From an uncultured delta proteobacterium (GTDB taxonomy: Bacteria; Myxococcota_A; Polyangia; Polyangiales; Polyangiaceae), in contig CAWKKR010000001.1 of the NCBI GenBank assembly GCA_963850305.1, positions 800,001 through 864,000 on the forward strand: a stretch of 64,000 nt of DNA, given 5' to 3'. Below, one piece after another: positions 21,015-31,006 of the stretch. Positions within the stretch are counted from its first letter, which is position 1; each line of letters begins with the position of its first letter. Made by a program: the position numbers and the translations under genes. Under the pieces are notes generated by a model. That model worked only from the letters and a program-made list of their open reading frames with translations. It made no database searches and had not been told where the DNA came from.

Positions 21015-21812
21015 ATGGTTCCCGTCGTCGACGTGTCGGTCGAGAGGCACTATCGGGTCGAGCTCGCGGAGCCCATCCTGGAGGGGATTCGCTTCCGGGT
21101 GCTGCCGGGGGAACACTGGGCGCTCGTCGGCGCGAACGGGTCCGGCAAGAGCACCCTGCTCTCGATCGTATCGGGGGATCTCTGGCCGAGCCTCGGCGTG
21201 GTGCGCGTCCTCGGCGAGGAGTACGGCAGGGTCGACAAGCGGGAGCTCCGCAAGCGCATCGGCGTCGTCAGCGCCGCGCTCGTGTCGAATCTGCCCGCCG
21301 CCGACACGGGGCTCGAGATCGCGGCTTCGGGCATCCGGGCGATGATCGGCCGGCTCGGGCCGCTCGACCCTGAGGAGCTCGCGCGGGGAGCCCGCGCGCT
21401 CGAGCGCGTGCGCGCGACGGACTGCGCTCCGAAGCCGTACGGGGTGCTCTCGCAAGGGGAGCGGCAGCGCGTCATGATCGCCCGCGCTCTCGTGAACGAC
21501 CCCGCGCTCCTGATACTCGACGAGCCGTGCGGCGGGCTCGACCCCGTCGCTCGCGAGCGCTTTCTCGCCGACCTCGGTTCACTCTCGCGCGAACCGAACG
21601 GACCGACTCAGTTGCACGTGACCCACCATCTCGAAGAGGTCCCCCCATTCCTGACCCATGCGTTCGTGCTCCGGAACGGGCGAGAGCTGGCGTCCGGACC
21701 CGTCGCGGACGTGCTCACGTCGGCAGTCCTCACCGAGGCGTTCGGCGCGCCGTGCCGCGTCGACGCGGAGAGCACCGGCGCCGCGCGCCGCTATCGGCTC
21801 TGGGTCAGCTGA
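21015..21812 (+). CDS. Orphan ABC ATPase (ModF/YlmA-like)
   Basis: GEHWALVGANGSGKST, LSQGERQR, LDEPCGGLD, VTHHLEE. Confidence 0.85.
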   Translation: MVPVVDVSVERHYRVELAEPILEGIRFRVLPGEHWALVGANGSGKSTLLSIVSGDLWPSLGVVRVLGEEYGRVDKRELRKRIGVVSAALVSNLPAADTGLEIAASGIRAMIGRLGPLDPEELARGARALERVRATDCAPKPYGVLSQGERQRVMIARALVNDPALLILDEPCGGLDPVARERFLADLGSLSREPNGPTQLHVTHHLEEVPPFLTHAFVLRNGRELASGPVADVLTSAVLTEAFGAPCRVDAESTGAARRYRLWVS

Positions 21813-22582
21813 TCCGCCGGCACCCTGGACTGCTCGCGGCAGATCTCCGCCTCCTCCTTCGGACAGCTCACCCGGACGTGGAAGTGGTCGTCGTGCGACT
21901 CCGCGTTCTCCGGCTGCTCGAGGAGCGCCGCAGCCTCCGTCACGTAGCGAGCGTACTTCCGGTGGCTCCGCGCGAACGCCAGCAGCCGTTTGCGGAGCGG
22001 ATTGGATACGAAGATGTGGGAAAGGCCCGCGCGCCGATCCTTCGCCCATGACTCGACGAGCAGCCAGTTCCGCTCGTCGTCGAAGAGCAGCGGGCGGCCG
22101 TCCTGCGCCCTCCCGTCGCCGTCGAACGCGACGAATTCGCGCGAGTGCACCGGCCTGCCGCGGAGGTCCGTGACGTAGAACGCCAGATCCGCGTCTCTTC
22201 CGCTCTGGTGCGAGTGATGTCCGGACAGGGGTCCGCCGCTCTTCGCGGACAGATCGCCGACCAGCAAGACCGAGCCTCGGGCCGCGCGCGCGACGTCACG
22301 CGCGCTTCGCTCCAGCATGAGCACGAGCGACGGGTGCCCGTAACACCGGTCGCGGCTCCTCGGGCGAATCCGGAGCTCCGGGGTGTTCGTCAGACGCTTC
22401 GCGCGGAGCTGCCACCCGTCGTTCGGGTACCCCACGGACAGCGACAGCAGCGCGAGCCGTCCGTGCCGGAACTTCGCCGGCAGGTCGGGCGCGTCGCCCG
22501 CGCGGGCGCTCGAGGCTACGAGCGCGGACAAGCTTGCCACGGCGACACTGCAAGCGAGTCCGCGCCCGAGCCGGCAGCGCAT
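21791..22582 (-). CDS. Penicillin-insensitive murein endopeptidase family (MepA/M74-like)
   Basis: Signal peptide; SVGYPNDGWQ, VGDLS..GG...HHSHQSGRDAD, HDDHFHVR. Start may be GTG 22609. Confidence 0.85.
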   Translation of the reverse strand: MRCRLGRGLACSVAVASLSALVASSARAGDAPDLPAKFRHGRLALLSLSVGYPNDGWQLRAKRLTNTPELRIRPRSRDRCYGHPSLVLMLERSARDVARAARGSVLLVGDLSAKSGGPLSGHHSHQSGRDADLAFYVTDLRGRPVHSREFVAFDGDGRAQDGRPLLFDDERNWLLVESWAKDRRAGLSHIFVSNPLRKRLLAFARSHRKYARYVTEAAALLEQPENAESHDDHFHVRVSCPKEEAEICREQSRVPADQLTQSR

Positions 22583-22717
22583 CTTCAAGACATTCAAATC
22601 GAAGGGCACGCGGACGAGCCCCTAGCACAACCCCACGGGGGGGCGTTGCCCGCAGCTTGCTTCGCGACTGCGACGAGTAGCGGCGCGGGATTGGTTTGTG
22701 GGGCGTTGCCCGCCGGG

Positions 22718-23194
22718 TTATTGGCAGGGCTGGCCGGGGGCGTATCCGATCTGGGCGGGGTCCACGCAGCCCGTGCCGTAGACGGTGTCTTCGTAACCGC
22801 AGGTCCCGTTGGAGCGACAGCATCCCGTCCCGGCGCCGTCGAGAACGAAGGCCGTCGGACAGCTCATGTCCACCGCGCCGCCGTGATCGGGGGTGACGCA
22901 ATAGTTGTCGGGTGACTTTCCGATGAGCATGCCGCACTTCAAGTCCGACGTGCAGCACGCGATCTGACCCGCGCTGACGTTCGAGGGACAGACCGTCGGA
23001 TCGCAGCCGCTGGACAATCCGCCGCCACTGCCACCGCCCGCGCTCTCGCCCGGGCCGCCGGGTCCGCCGATGAGACCGCTGTCACTCGAGGAGCCACACG
23101 CGGCCGTCGCGAACGACGCCGATATCAGGATCACGTAGCCCACCGTGCGGCGCACCCTCCCCGCGCCGGCCGCACACCGAAACTCTCGCTTCAT
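22718..23194 (-). CDS. Small Cys-rich lipoprotein
   Basis: ATAACGSS lipobox, Gly linker, paired CC...CG motifs; start codon uncertain. Confidence 0.65.
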   Translation of the reverse strand: MKREFRCAAGAGRVRRTVGYVILISASFATAACGSSSDSGLIGGPGGPGESAGGGSGGGLSSGCDPTVCPSNVSAGQIACCTSDLKCGMLIGKSPDNYCVTPDHGGAVDMSCPTAFVLDGAGTGCCRSNGTCGYEDTVYGTGCVDPAQIGYAPGQPCQ

Positions 23195-23305
23195 GGATGA
23201 AAGGAACGAGCGTAGTTTCAAATGCCGTCGCAGGCGAGAGCGCCTTTCGGCGGTGCGCTCGAAGCACACGCGCGGCGGATGTGGGTGCAGCGACGACCTC
23301 GGCGC

Positions 23306-24028
23306 TCATGCGGGGCGTTCGGCGTCCAGGTGACGGTGCAAAAACGCCGTCATCGTGCCCCAGGCATCGAGCGCGGCTTCGGGTCGGTACGCTTGCGGCC
23401 GCGTGTCGTTCGCGAACGCATGCCCGGCGCCTGCGTACACCTTCACCCGAGCGTCGGGGTCCTTCGCCTGCACGCGGCGCTCGAGCTCCCGGATGTCGTC
23501 GAGCGAGACGAACGCGTCTTCGTCGCCGTAGAATGCGCACACGGGACACACGAGCCGCCTCGCCGCATCGAGCGGCGCCATGGGTTTCTTCATGGGCGAG
23601 AGCGGCGTCGCGGACGCATACAACCCGGTCTCGTACGACAGCACGCCGTAGAACGGCACGATCGCGCGCACGCCGGACACCAATGCGCCCGCGAGCAGCG
23701 CGTACGAGCCGCCCATGCAAAACCCCACGACGCCCGTGCCGCCTCTCGTGTCCGGATGCGCACTCACGAAGTCGACCGCGCGCCGAAGCGTGGCGAGCAC
23801 GTCCGGGTCCGGGAGCTCGCGCAGGAACGCTCCGGGATCGTCTCCGCGCGGACGCTCCGCGAGCCCCCGGTACAGATCCACGGCGAGCACCACGAACCCC
23901 TCGGCTGCGAGCCGCCGCGCGACGTCTCGAAAGTGCTCATACAACCCCCAGACATCGTGAACGACGACCACCCCTGGGCCGCCGCCGTCCGGCACTGCGA
24001 GATATCCGAGCTCGAGCTCCGCTTTCAT
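23306..24028 (-). CDS. Dienelactone hydrolase family protein
   Basis: ATG 24028; VVHDVWGL, GFCMGG, YGDED, YAGAGHAF. Confidence 0.92.
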   Translation of the reverse strand: MKAELELGYLAVPDGGGPGVVVVHDVWGLYEHFRDVARRLAAEGFVVLAVDLYRGLAERPRGDDPGAFLRELPDPDVLATLRRAVDFVSAHPDTRGGTGVVGFCMGGSYALLAGALVSGVRAIVPFYGVLSYETGLYASATPLSPMKKPMAPLDAARRLVCPVCAFYGDEDAFVSLDDIRELERRVQAKDPDARVKVYAGAGHAFANDTRPQAYRPEAALDAWGTMTAFLHRHLDAERPA

Positions 24029-24130
24029 CGCGTCCTCGACTGCCACGAAACCGCCCGAAGAGAAACCCCGCAAGCATCAGCGCCAGGGCCGGATTGCGGA
24101 CCCTGGTACGCCGGATGCCGGGCGCGGCGC

Positions 24131-24676
24131 TCAGCGCGTCGCCGGGTACTTCATGAGCTTGCGCTGGAGGCTGCGGCGGTGCAGGCCGAGGAGACGCGCG
24201 GCATGGGAGATGTTGCCTCCGCAGTCCGAGAGCACCCGGTTGATGTGCTCCCACTCGGTGCGTGCCAGCGACGGCACTTCGTAGTCGATGGGCGGCGCAT
24301 CCGAAGGAGGGCCGTCCGCGCGCGAGAAGGCCGCCAGGACCTCGTCCACGTCGGCGGGTTTCGTCAGGTAGTGCGTCGCGCCGAGCCGTACGGCCTCGAT
24401 GGCCGTCGCGATGCTCCCGTACGCGGTGAGGACCACCACGTTCGTCGTCGGGTCGATGGCCTTGAGCTGCCGCACGACCTGGAGCCCCTGCACTCCCGGC
24501 ATGCGCAGATCGACGACCGCGAACTCTGGACTCTCTCGCCGGGCCAGATCGAGCGCGGCTTCCCCATCCGGCGCGGCCCGCACCTCGAAGCCGCGCGTCT
24601 CGAACGCGCGCGCGAGCCGCGTCCGGAAGATGGTGTCGTCATCCACGACGAGCACGGTCCGCGCCGCGTCAGCCAT
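24131..24676 (-). CDS. regA: RegA/PrrA/ActR-type response regulator
   Basis: VVDDD, VVDLRMP, LTAYGSIATAIEAVRLGA, EWEHINRVL..CGGNISHAARLLGLHRRSLQRKL. Confidence 0.93.
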   Translation of the reverse strand: MADAARTVLVVDDDTIFRTRLARAFETRGFEVRAAPDGEAALDLARRESPEFAVVDLRMPGVQGLQVVRQLKAIDPTTNVVVLTAYGSIATAIEAVRLGATHYLTKPADVDEVLAAFSRADGPPSDAPPIDYEVPSLARTEWEHINRVLSDCGGNISHAARLLGLHRRSLQRKLMKYPATR

Positions 24677-26021
24677 GCGTCGCGCCCTCCGTGTGCGAGC
24701 GAGGGAGCTCGAGCGCCACTCGCGTTCCCTGCCCCTCCTCCGAGGAGTAAGCGAGCTTGCCGCCGCAGCGATCGGCGAACGCGTAAGCCAGGAAGACGCC
24801 GAGGCCCATGCCGCTCCCGGGAGCCTTCGTCGTGAAGAACGGCTCGCCGATGCGCGCCAGGTTCGCCACGCTCATTCCCGAGCCGCGATCGACGACGTGG
24901 AAGCGCACCGCGGCCGGCGTCGCGTCGGCCGCGAGCAGGACATCCTCCGTGCTCGCGTCCACTCCGTTTTGCACGAGGTTCAGGAGCACCTGCACCAGCC
25001 CTTCCACCGGACAGACGAAGCTCACGTCTTCCACCGCGCCCGCCTTCACGCGAGCCGACTTCGCGCCGGAGCGTTCGACGCACCGGGCGACGATCGCGCT
25101 CGACGTGGTGCGCTCCGGGAGCTCTCCGACCGTCTCTCCCGCGCGCGCGCCCATCCGCTGAACGATGGCGTGGCAACGCTCGACCTCGCTCCGGATCAGG
25201 CGCGCGTCTTCGAGCGCCTCGTCCGGAGACGAACGGATCGCCCGCTCGATTTCCTTGGACGCCACGGCGATGGTGCCGAGCGGTGTGCCGAGCTCGTGCG
25301 CCGCCCCGGCCGCGAGCGTCGTGAGCGACGCGAGCTTCTCGGCGCGCGCCGCCACCTGCTGCACCCGCGCCAGCTCCGCCTCCCGCTCGCGGAGCGCGGA
25401 CGCCACGCGCGAGACGAAGTATGCGATCAGGGTCGCGGCGATCGTGAAGGCGACCCACATGCCCTGAAGATGAATCGAGAAGGCCGACCCGCCGTGATGC
25501 GCGTGCTCCAGCGCCACGATCCGTTGATGGCGAAAGAAGAGCACGGCGTACGACGCCGCCGACAGAACGACCGTCGCGAGTGCCCAGCGAAGGCCGAGCA
25601 CGAGCGCCGCCACCGTCACGTAGACGAGGTAGAGGATGCTGAAGGGGTTCGCGGGGCCGCCGGAGAAATAGAGGAGGCCCGTGAGCATGAGCGTGTCGGC
25701 TGCGAGCACGATCACCGCCGCAGCGTCGGAGACCTCGGTGGCTCGCCGGAGCCACAGCGCGAGCGCCGCGTTCGACAGCGCCGTCACGGTCACGAGAATG
25801 CCGAGCGGGAGGATGGGCAGCCCGAGCCGCAAGACGAGCTCCGACGTGAGGATCGTCACCGCCTGGCCGATGACCGCGCCCCAGCGCAGCCGGACGAGCC
25901 ACGCCAGCGTGATGGCGACCGGCGACGCCGCCCGCCCGCCGCCGCGAAGGAGCGGGGCCACGGCTTTCTCGGCCGCGCCGGGAACCCGCGGCGAACCGTC
26001 CGGCGCTGCGAGGCTTTGCAC
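24669..26021 (-). CDS. regB: RegB/PrrB/ActS-type redox sensor histidine kinase
   Basis: TM region with WLVRLRW and quinone-binding GGxxNPF (SGGPANPF); H-box AAGAAHELGTPL; EPFFTTK...GMGLG. Start uncertain. Confidence 0.9.
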   Translation of the reverse strand: MQSLAAPDGSPRVPGAAEKAVAPLLRGGGRAASPVAITLAWLVRLRWGAVIGQAVTILTSELVLRLGLPILPLGILVTVTALSNAALALWLRRATEVSDAAAVIVLAADTLMLTGLLYFSGGPANPFSILYLVYVTVAALVLGLRWALATVVLSAASYAVLFFRHQRIVALEHAHHGGSAFSIHLQGMWVAFTIAATLIAYFVSRVASALREREAELARVQQVAARAEKLASLTTLAAGAAHELGTPLGTIAVASKEIERAIRSSPDEALEDARLIRSEVERCHAIVQRMGARAGETVGELPERTTSSAIVARCVERSGAKSARVKAGAVEDVSFVCPVEGLVQVLLNLVQNGVDASTEDVLLAADATPAAVRFHVVDRGSGMSVANLARIGEPFFTTKAPGSGMGLGVFLAYAFADRCGGKLAYSSEEGQGTRVALELPRSHTEGATHG

Positions 26022-26139
26022 GACGGCGAGCCTAGCGCACCCGGCGACCCGAGCCGAGAGTGTCCGCGCGCGTCATCGTGATCCCTGCGACACCGCGACG
26101 CACGCGGCCCCTCGCCCTTTGGTGTTAAGCTGCGCGCCG

Positions 26140-26541
26140 ATGAACGCCCGCCCGCGCGCTCTCGTCGTGCTCGCCGCGCTCGCCCTCGTGGCGTGCGGCA
26201 GCCCGGAGTCTCCGAAGAACGAGATCACCGCGGGCGAGACGCTGACCGTCACCGGCGACAGCGGCGTCGCGACGGCCAAGATCACCGCGGGCAGCACCAT
26301 CGCCGAGGGACGGAACACGTTTCTCGTCGCGTTCCAGCCGAGCGGGGTCGATCTCACCGCGGCGAGCGCGATGATGCCGTCGATGGGCCATGGCTCGCCC
26401 ACCCCCACGATCGCGGCGACGGCCACGGGCTACACCGTCTCGAACGTGATCTTCAGCATGCCGGGGCTCTGGGAAATCCTCCTCGACGTGACCGTCGACG
26501 GCAAAGCCGATCGACTAGAGTTCTCGACCGACGTTCCATGA
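26140..26541 (+). CDS. YtkA/FixH-like lipoprotein
   Basis: ATG 26140; LVAC lipobox; MMPSMGHGS and FSMPGLWEI motifs. Confidence 0.8.
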   Translation: MNARPRALVVLAALALVACGSPESPKNEITAGETLTVTGDSGVATAKITAGSTIAEGRNTFLVAFQPSGVDLTAASAMMPSMGHGSPTPTIAATATGYTVSNVIFSMPGLWEILLDVTVDGKADRLEFSTDVP

Positions 26542-27497
26542 GGCGCTTCCTCTCGTTCCGCGCGAGCGCTGCACTGCTGCTCGCCGCCGCGCGCGCGCCC
26601 GCGTGCCCCTGTCAGGGCTCGTCGGGGCCCGGCGGTGCCGTGACGACCTCGATGGACCGATTCGGCGGGAGCGTCACCGAGACGAGCCGCTTCGTCAGCG
26701 GTGAGTGGTTGGCGAACGGGAAGTACGAGCCGCTCGCGCCCGGCGATCAGCAGCTCTCGCTCGATACGACCGTCGCGCTCGGTTACCGGCCCATCCCTGC
26801 GATCGAGCTCGGCGCGGAGAGCGCGTTCGGGCACCAGTCGGTAAGCTCGGCGAGCTCTCCCGCGACGTCGAGCACGCACACGGGCTTCGGCGACCTCATC
26901 CTGCGCGCCCGCTGGGAGGCCCTCGACGAACCGATGCCGTGGGAAAAGACGGCCCTGCCGTGGCCGTCGGTCGCGTTCGTCGCGTCCGTGCGCGCGCCGA
27001 CCGCGTCGCTCGGTCGCGGCACGGAGAGCGTCTTCTCGGGCACGACGGGCTCGGTCGGCTCGGCCGCGTCGAGCGAGGGGCTCGGCGCATGGGAGACCTC
27101 GATGGCCGTCGCTCTGGTCCGGAGCATCGGACCGAAGTTTCAGCTGAACCTCGCGGGCGAGGCCGCGTATCGCTTCGCGGATTCCGCGCTCGGGATCCAG
27201 CGGCACCTCGCGCCGCGCTTTCTCGGCCAGGTCGGCGCGCGCTACTCGCCGTCGACCGCAACGGGCTTCGGCGTCATGACGGACCTCGGCGCCGAGGGCG
27301 ACGTGACGTACCAGGGCGCCGTCGATCCCGCGACGAACATGCGACTCTGGGCGATCGGTGCGTACGCCTTTTATCGCGCGGAGCCCACGGCGCTCCGGTG
27401 CGGCGTCATGGTCCGCTACGAGCCAGCCCTCGACGACGTGAGCCGGAATGCATCGCGAGCGACGAGCTTTGCCGTATCGCTCGGGTACGCGCTCTGA
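26538..27497 (+). CDS. Outer-membrane beta-barrel transporter-like protein with N-terminal CxC
   Basis: ATGA-coupled to YtkA; signal peptide then CPCQG; GFGDLILRARW; alternating beta strands ending SLGYAL. Confidence 0.7.
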   Translation: MRRFLSFRASAALLLAAARAPACPCQGSSGPGGAVTTSMDRFGGSVTETSRFVSGEWLANGKYEPLAPGDQQLSLDTTVALGYRPIPAIELGAESAFGHQSVSSASSPATSSTHTGFGDLILRARWEALDEPMPWEKTALPWPSVAFVASVRAPTASLGRGTESVFSGTTGSVGSAASSEGLGAWETSMAVALVRSIGPKFQLNLAGEAAYRFADSALGIQRHLAPRFLGQVGARYSPSTATGFGVMTDLGAEGDVTYQGAVDPATNMRLWAIGAYAFYRAEPTALRCGVMVRYEPALDDVSRNASRATSFAVSLGYAL

Positions 27498-27684
27498 GTT
27501 TTGGGGCGCACCGCAGGGAAGAGCGCGGCGAGAGCGTGGCCTGGTCCCCGCGCTCCACTCTGCCCTCGTTACAACCCCGCGCTGGCGCGGCTGCAGGTCG
27601 CCCGCGCGTCTCACAGCGTGACCCCTCGTCGCTTCGCGTCTCTGGCCGCGCAACGTCCCTGCGGTGCGCCCCCACTCTCGCTCG

Positions 27685-28221
27685 TCAGAAGTAGAGCATC
27701 CAGTACAGGACCACGCCGCTCACGGACACGTAGAGCCAGAGCGGCAGGGTGCGGCGCGCGATGTACCGGTGGCGGGTGACGTCGCCCATGAGCGCACGAC
27801 GAAGGGTGACGAGGGCGAGGGGGACGATGACGGCGGCGAGCAGGATGTGCGGCAGGAGGACGGCGAAATAGACGGACCGCGTCCAGCCGACGCCGCGGAA
27901 GGGCACCGACCCGACGCGAGCGTGATGTACGAGGTACGTGACGAGGAAGACCGAGGACAGGACGAAGCTCGTCAGCATGCACGCGCGATGGAGGGGGACG
28001 CGCTTCTGCCGGATCGCTCCGTAACCCACCAGTAGAGCCAACGCGGAGCCGCCATTCAAGAGGGCGTTGACGGTGGCCAGCGAATCGGGACCCGTTCCCC
28101 CTCGGACGTCGTGATGGGGCACGCCGTAGACGACGATCGCCACCGCGGCGACGACGAACACGGAGAGTCCGGCGATGACACGCCGCGCTGTAGCCTCGGA
28201 CGGAGACGCGAATGTCGTCAT
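27685..28221 (-). CDS. DUF420 (CtaM-like) membrane protein
   Basis: VNALLN, HRACML, FLVTYLVHH, HILLAA, HRYIAR.TLPLWLYVSVSGVVLYWMLY. Confidence 0.9.
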   Translation of the reverse strand: MTTFASPSEATARRVIAGLSVFVVAAVAIVVYGVPHHDVRGGTGPDSLATVNALLNGGSALALLVGYGAIRQKRVPLHRACMLTSFVLSSVFLVTYLVHHARVGSVPFRGVGWTRSVYFAVLLPHILLAAVIVPLALVTLRRALMGDVTRHRYIARRTLPLWLYVSVSGVVLYWMLYF

Positions 28222-28279
28222 CCGCGCTAGCTAGCGCGTTCGTGGCGCGCGCGGGTAGTGATAAGGTCCGGGGTGGTTC

Positions 28280-28675
28280 ATGTTTCAAGGAAGGGTCAGC
28301 GGCGGCAACCGCAACATCGCAGCGGTCCTGGTCATACTCGCGGTTGCCGCGGCCTGCGCCGACGATGAGGGACCCGGGTCGTTCACGACCGCCGGCACTT
28401 GCTACGCCGGGGACGTGGAGACTTGCACGTGCACGACGGCCGGGCACGTGGGCGCCGCCGGCGTGCACACGTGCGGCGCCGACGGCCGCTTCGCGAGCGA
28501 GTGCCGCTGTGCGGGCTGCACCGTCTCCCCCGATTGCTCTCAATGCCCGAAGGAATGCCTCGAACAATGTCTTTGCGAAACCTCCGGACAGCAGACGGAC
28601 TGCACGGCGCGCTGCGCCCAGGACGCCGGCAAGACGACGGCGAGTTACGAGCCGCCCCAAGGACGAGCCGAATGA
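28280..28675 (+). CDS. Small Cys-rich lipoprotein
   Basis: LAVAAAC lipobox; about 14 Cys; ATGA overlap with the next gene. Confidence 0.7.
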   Translation: MFQGRVSGGNRNIAAVLVILAVAAACADDEGPGSFTTAGTCYAGDVETCTCTTAGHVGAAGVHTCGADGRFASECRCAGCTVSPDCSQCPKECLEQCLCETSGQQTDCTARCAQDAGKTTASYEPPQGRAE

Positions 28676-30360
28676 GACGGGCCGGGTTCGCCGCGGGGAC
28701 GGCACTGGTCGTGTCGGCATCCACGGCCCTCGCGCAGGGACCAGTCGTCGCGGCGCCGAACGCCCCTACCCCGCCGGCAGCCGCGCCGAGTGCCGCGCCG
28801 AACGTCGCTCCGCCGCCGGCAGTGCCTGCACCGCCTGCGACGATCACGCCCGCGCCGAGGGCTCGCCGCGCGGCGCCTCCCCCTGACGATGACGTCGAGC
28901 AGCGACTCGTCGTCTACACGGACGGGCAATCGCCGCGGATCGTCGCCTCGGGGACCAGCTCCGTGCACGGGGAGCTCGAGCTCGAGGTCCGGTTCCGGAA
29001 CGCGAACCCGCTCTGTTACGAGTATTCGACGAACGTCGCGGCAAGCCGCGTCGCGGCCAGCGATCAACCCCTCCCCGACCTCGTGCCGGGCCTCGGAGCG
29101 CTCGGCGCCCCTTCATCCACGGGTTTTTCGGGGCTGGAGGACGCGGTCACGGCGGTCAACAACTCCGAGACCGAGCTCGACGACATCGAGAACGCGGCGA
29201 GGATGCAGACGTCGCTCGATGACGTGTGGGCGGCCTGCGACGGCGGGGGCGACTTTCTCATGCAGCGGGCGCGAGTGGAGTCGGCCGCGCGCATCGCCGC
29301 GCAACGGCTCGGACCCCTCGGCGCGTGGCGACGGGTGCTCGAGAACGCGGAAGCGGTCGCGCTCGGCGCCAAGCGTCTATCGCGCGATCTCGCCGCGGGG
29401 GAGCACGACGCGGCGGAGGACGACGAGGCTCGCAAGGTTGCGCTCACGGACGCCGAGCGCAAGGAGAGCGCGACGCGGGCAGCCGTGGCGCGCGCGGGGT
29501 ACACGAAAAAGTCGCAGGCAGAGATCGAGACGGCCGAGCGGGATCTCGCCGCCGCGCAGCGCAAGCTCCGCGAGGGCGATCTGACGCTCATGCGGCACCG
29601 GCGCGCGGGCGAGCTCGAGCACGCCGCGGAACGACTCGCCGACCGCGTTCACCGCACCCTCGACATGCTCGGCACGAACGTCGCGGACATCAGCCGCGCC
29701 CGCTCGCTACTCGCGCGCTCACCGACGGCCATCCGCCGGCGCTTCGGCGTGAACGAGGCCGTGTCCGTGGTCGTCGAGCGCACCCGTCTCGACCGGGGCG
29801 AGCGCGTCGCCGATCGGGGCCCTCAGCGGTTCGAGGTCCCCGCTTACGTGACGCGGCGACCGGTGTTCTTCGACATCGGCATCGGCCCCGCCCTCGGCAT
29901 CGGTCGCGACACGGCGGCGTACGCGGCCGAGTGGGCTCCCGCGAACGCACAAGATCCGAACCCCGCCTGGCGCATCGAACGCACGAAGCAGGGTTTGCCG
30001 CTCGACGGGATGCTGTCGATCAGCGCCTACGTCTGGGAACCCCGGTACTACGACGACAAGGTCTTCGACCCCATGCAGCTCGTGCCGCGGCCGATGCTCG
30101 GAGTCTCGCTCATCCATCCGACGCACGAGCTCTATGCGGGCCTGCAGATCGATCCGCTGCAATTCCTGGATATCTCGGGCGGCGTGCGATTCGCGGACGA
30201 GACGACCCTGGTCGGACCTCAGGTCTCCGACCACGCCCTCATCGACGCAAGCGGTGCCCCGGAGCCGCCCATCACGCGGAACGAGGTGCGCGCATCCGGC
30301 TTCGTGGCGGTCACGGTGAGCGCGAACCTCATCTACAACTTCTTCCGCTCGGGACCATGA
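28672..30360 (+). CDS. Hypothetical secreted protein (Pro-rich linker, coiled-coil, C-terminal beta-rich domain)
   Basis: ATG 28672; signal peptide; long Ala/Glu/Arg helical middle; C-terminal beta-strand pattern. Confidence 0.7.
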   Translation: MRRAGFAAGTALVVSASTALAQGPVVAAPNAPTPPAAAPSAAPNVAPPPAVPAPPATITPAPRARRAAPPPDDDVEQRLVVYTDGQSPRIVASGTSSVHGELELEVRFRNANPLCYEYSTNVAASRVAASDQPLPDLVPGLGALGAPSSTGFSGLEDAVTAVNNSETELDDIENAARMQTSLDDVWAACDGGGDFLMQRARVESAARIAAQRLGPLGAWRRVLENAEAVALGAKRLSRDLAAGEHDAAEDDEARKVALTDAERKESATRAAVARAGYTKKSQAEIETAERDLAAAQRKLREGDLTLMRHRRAGELEHAAERLADRVHRTLDMLGTNVADISRARSLLARSPTAIRRRFGVNEAVSVVVERTRLDRGERVADRGPQRFEVPAYVTRRPVFFDIGIGPALGIGRDTAAYAAEWAPANAQDPNPAWRIERTKQGLPLDGMLSISAYVWEPRYYDDKVFDPMQLVPRPMLGVSLIHPTHELYAGLQIDPLQFLDISGGVRFADETTLVGPQVSDHALIDASGAPEPPITRNEVRASGFVAVTVSANLIYNFFRSGP

Positions 30361-30367
30361 AGGAGCG

Positions 30368-30952
30368 ATGACCATTTACCTCGTGCGCCACGGAAGGGCA
30401 GCGGCCGGCGTCGAAGAGCTGGACCCGGGGCTCGACGCCGTCGGGCACTCGCAGGCGGAGCACGCCGCTCAGGCGCTCTCCGGGCTGACGATCGAGCGTC
30501 TCGTCTGTTCACCGCTCCGTCGGACGCGAGAAACGGCCGCACCCATCGCCGCCGCGCTCGGACTCGACGTCGAGATACGAGAAGAAGTATCCGAGGTGTT
30601 CGAGCCGACGCTCTCCGCGAAAAACCGACGCGCCATGCTCGGCGCGTTCCTCTCGGGCCTCTGGAGCGAGCAGGCGGAGGCCCTCGTGCGGTGGCGCGAT
30701 CGCGTGGTCGAGACGCTCATCGGCCTCGGGACGGCGCACACGGTCGTCGTGTCGCACTTCGTGGCGATCTCGGCCGCGATCGGCGCTTCCACCGGGGACG
30801 ATCGCATCTCCCCGTGCGCGCTCGCGAACGCCTCCATCACGACGATGGAGGTGCACGACGGGCACCTGGTGCTCCGCCGCCCCGGCGAGATCGCGCACCT
30901 CCCGCGAGAAGAGATCACCGCGACGAATCACCCGATCCCGGGCCGCCGCTGA
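30368..30952 (+). CDS. Histidine phosphatase (phosphoglycerate mutase family)
   Basis: IYLVRHG, CSPLRRTRETA, VVSH, NASIT. Confidence 0.9.
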   Translation: MTIYLVRHGRAAAGVEELDPGLDAVGHSQAEHAAQALSGLTIERLVCSPLRRTRETAAPIAAALGLDVEIREEVSEVFEPTLSAKNRRAMLGAFLSGLWSEQAEALVRWRDRVVETLIGLGTAHTVVVSHFVAISAAIGASTGDDRISPCALANASITTMEVHDGHLVLRRPGEIAHLPREEITATNHPIPGRR

Positions 30953-31006
30953 TCCGGTCGATACGGCGTGAGTCGCCGGTCCGACCTGTGCGACTCTCGG
31001 GCGGCA

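Noticed and set aside
21015..21812. ModF-like ATPase as part of the Mo island
   Set aside because: It is 9 kb away with unrelated genes between, and the family is not Mo-specific.
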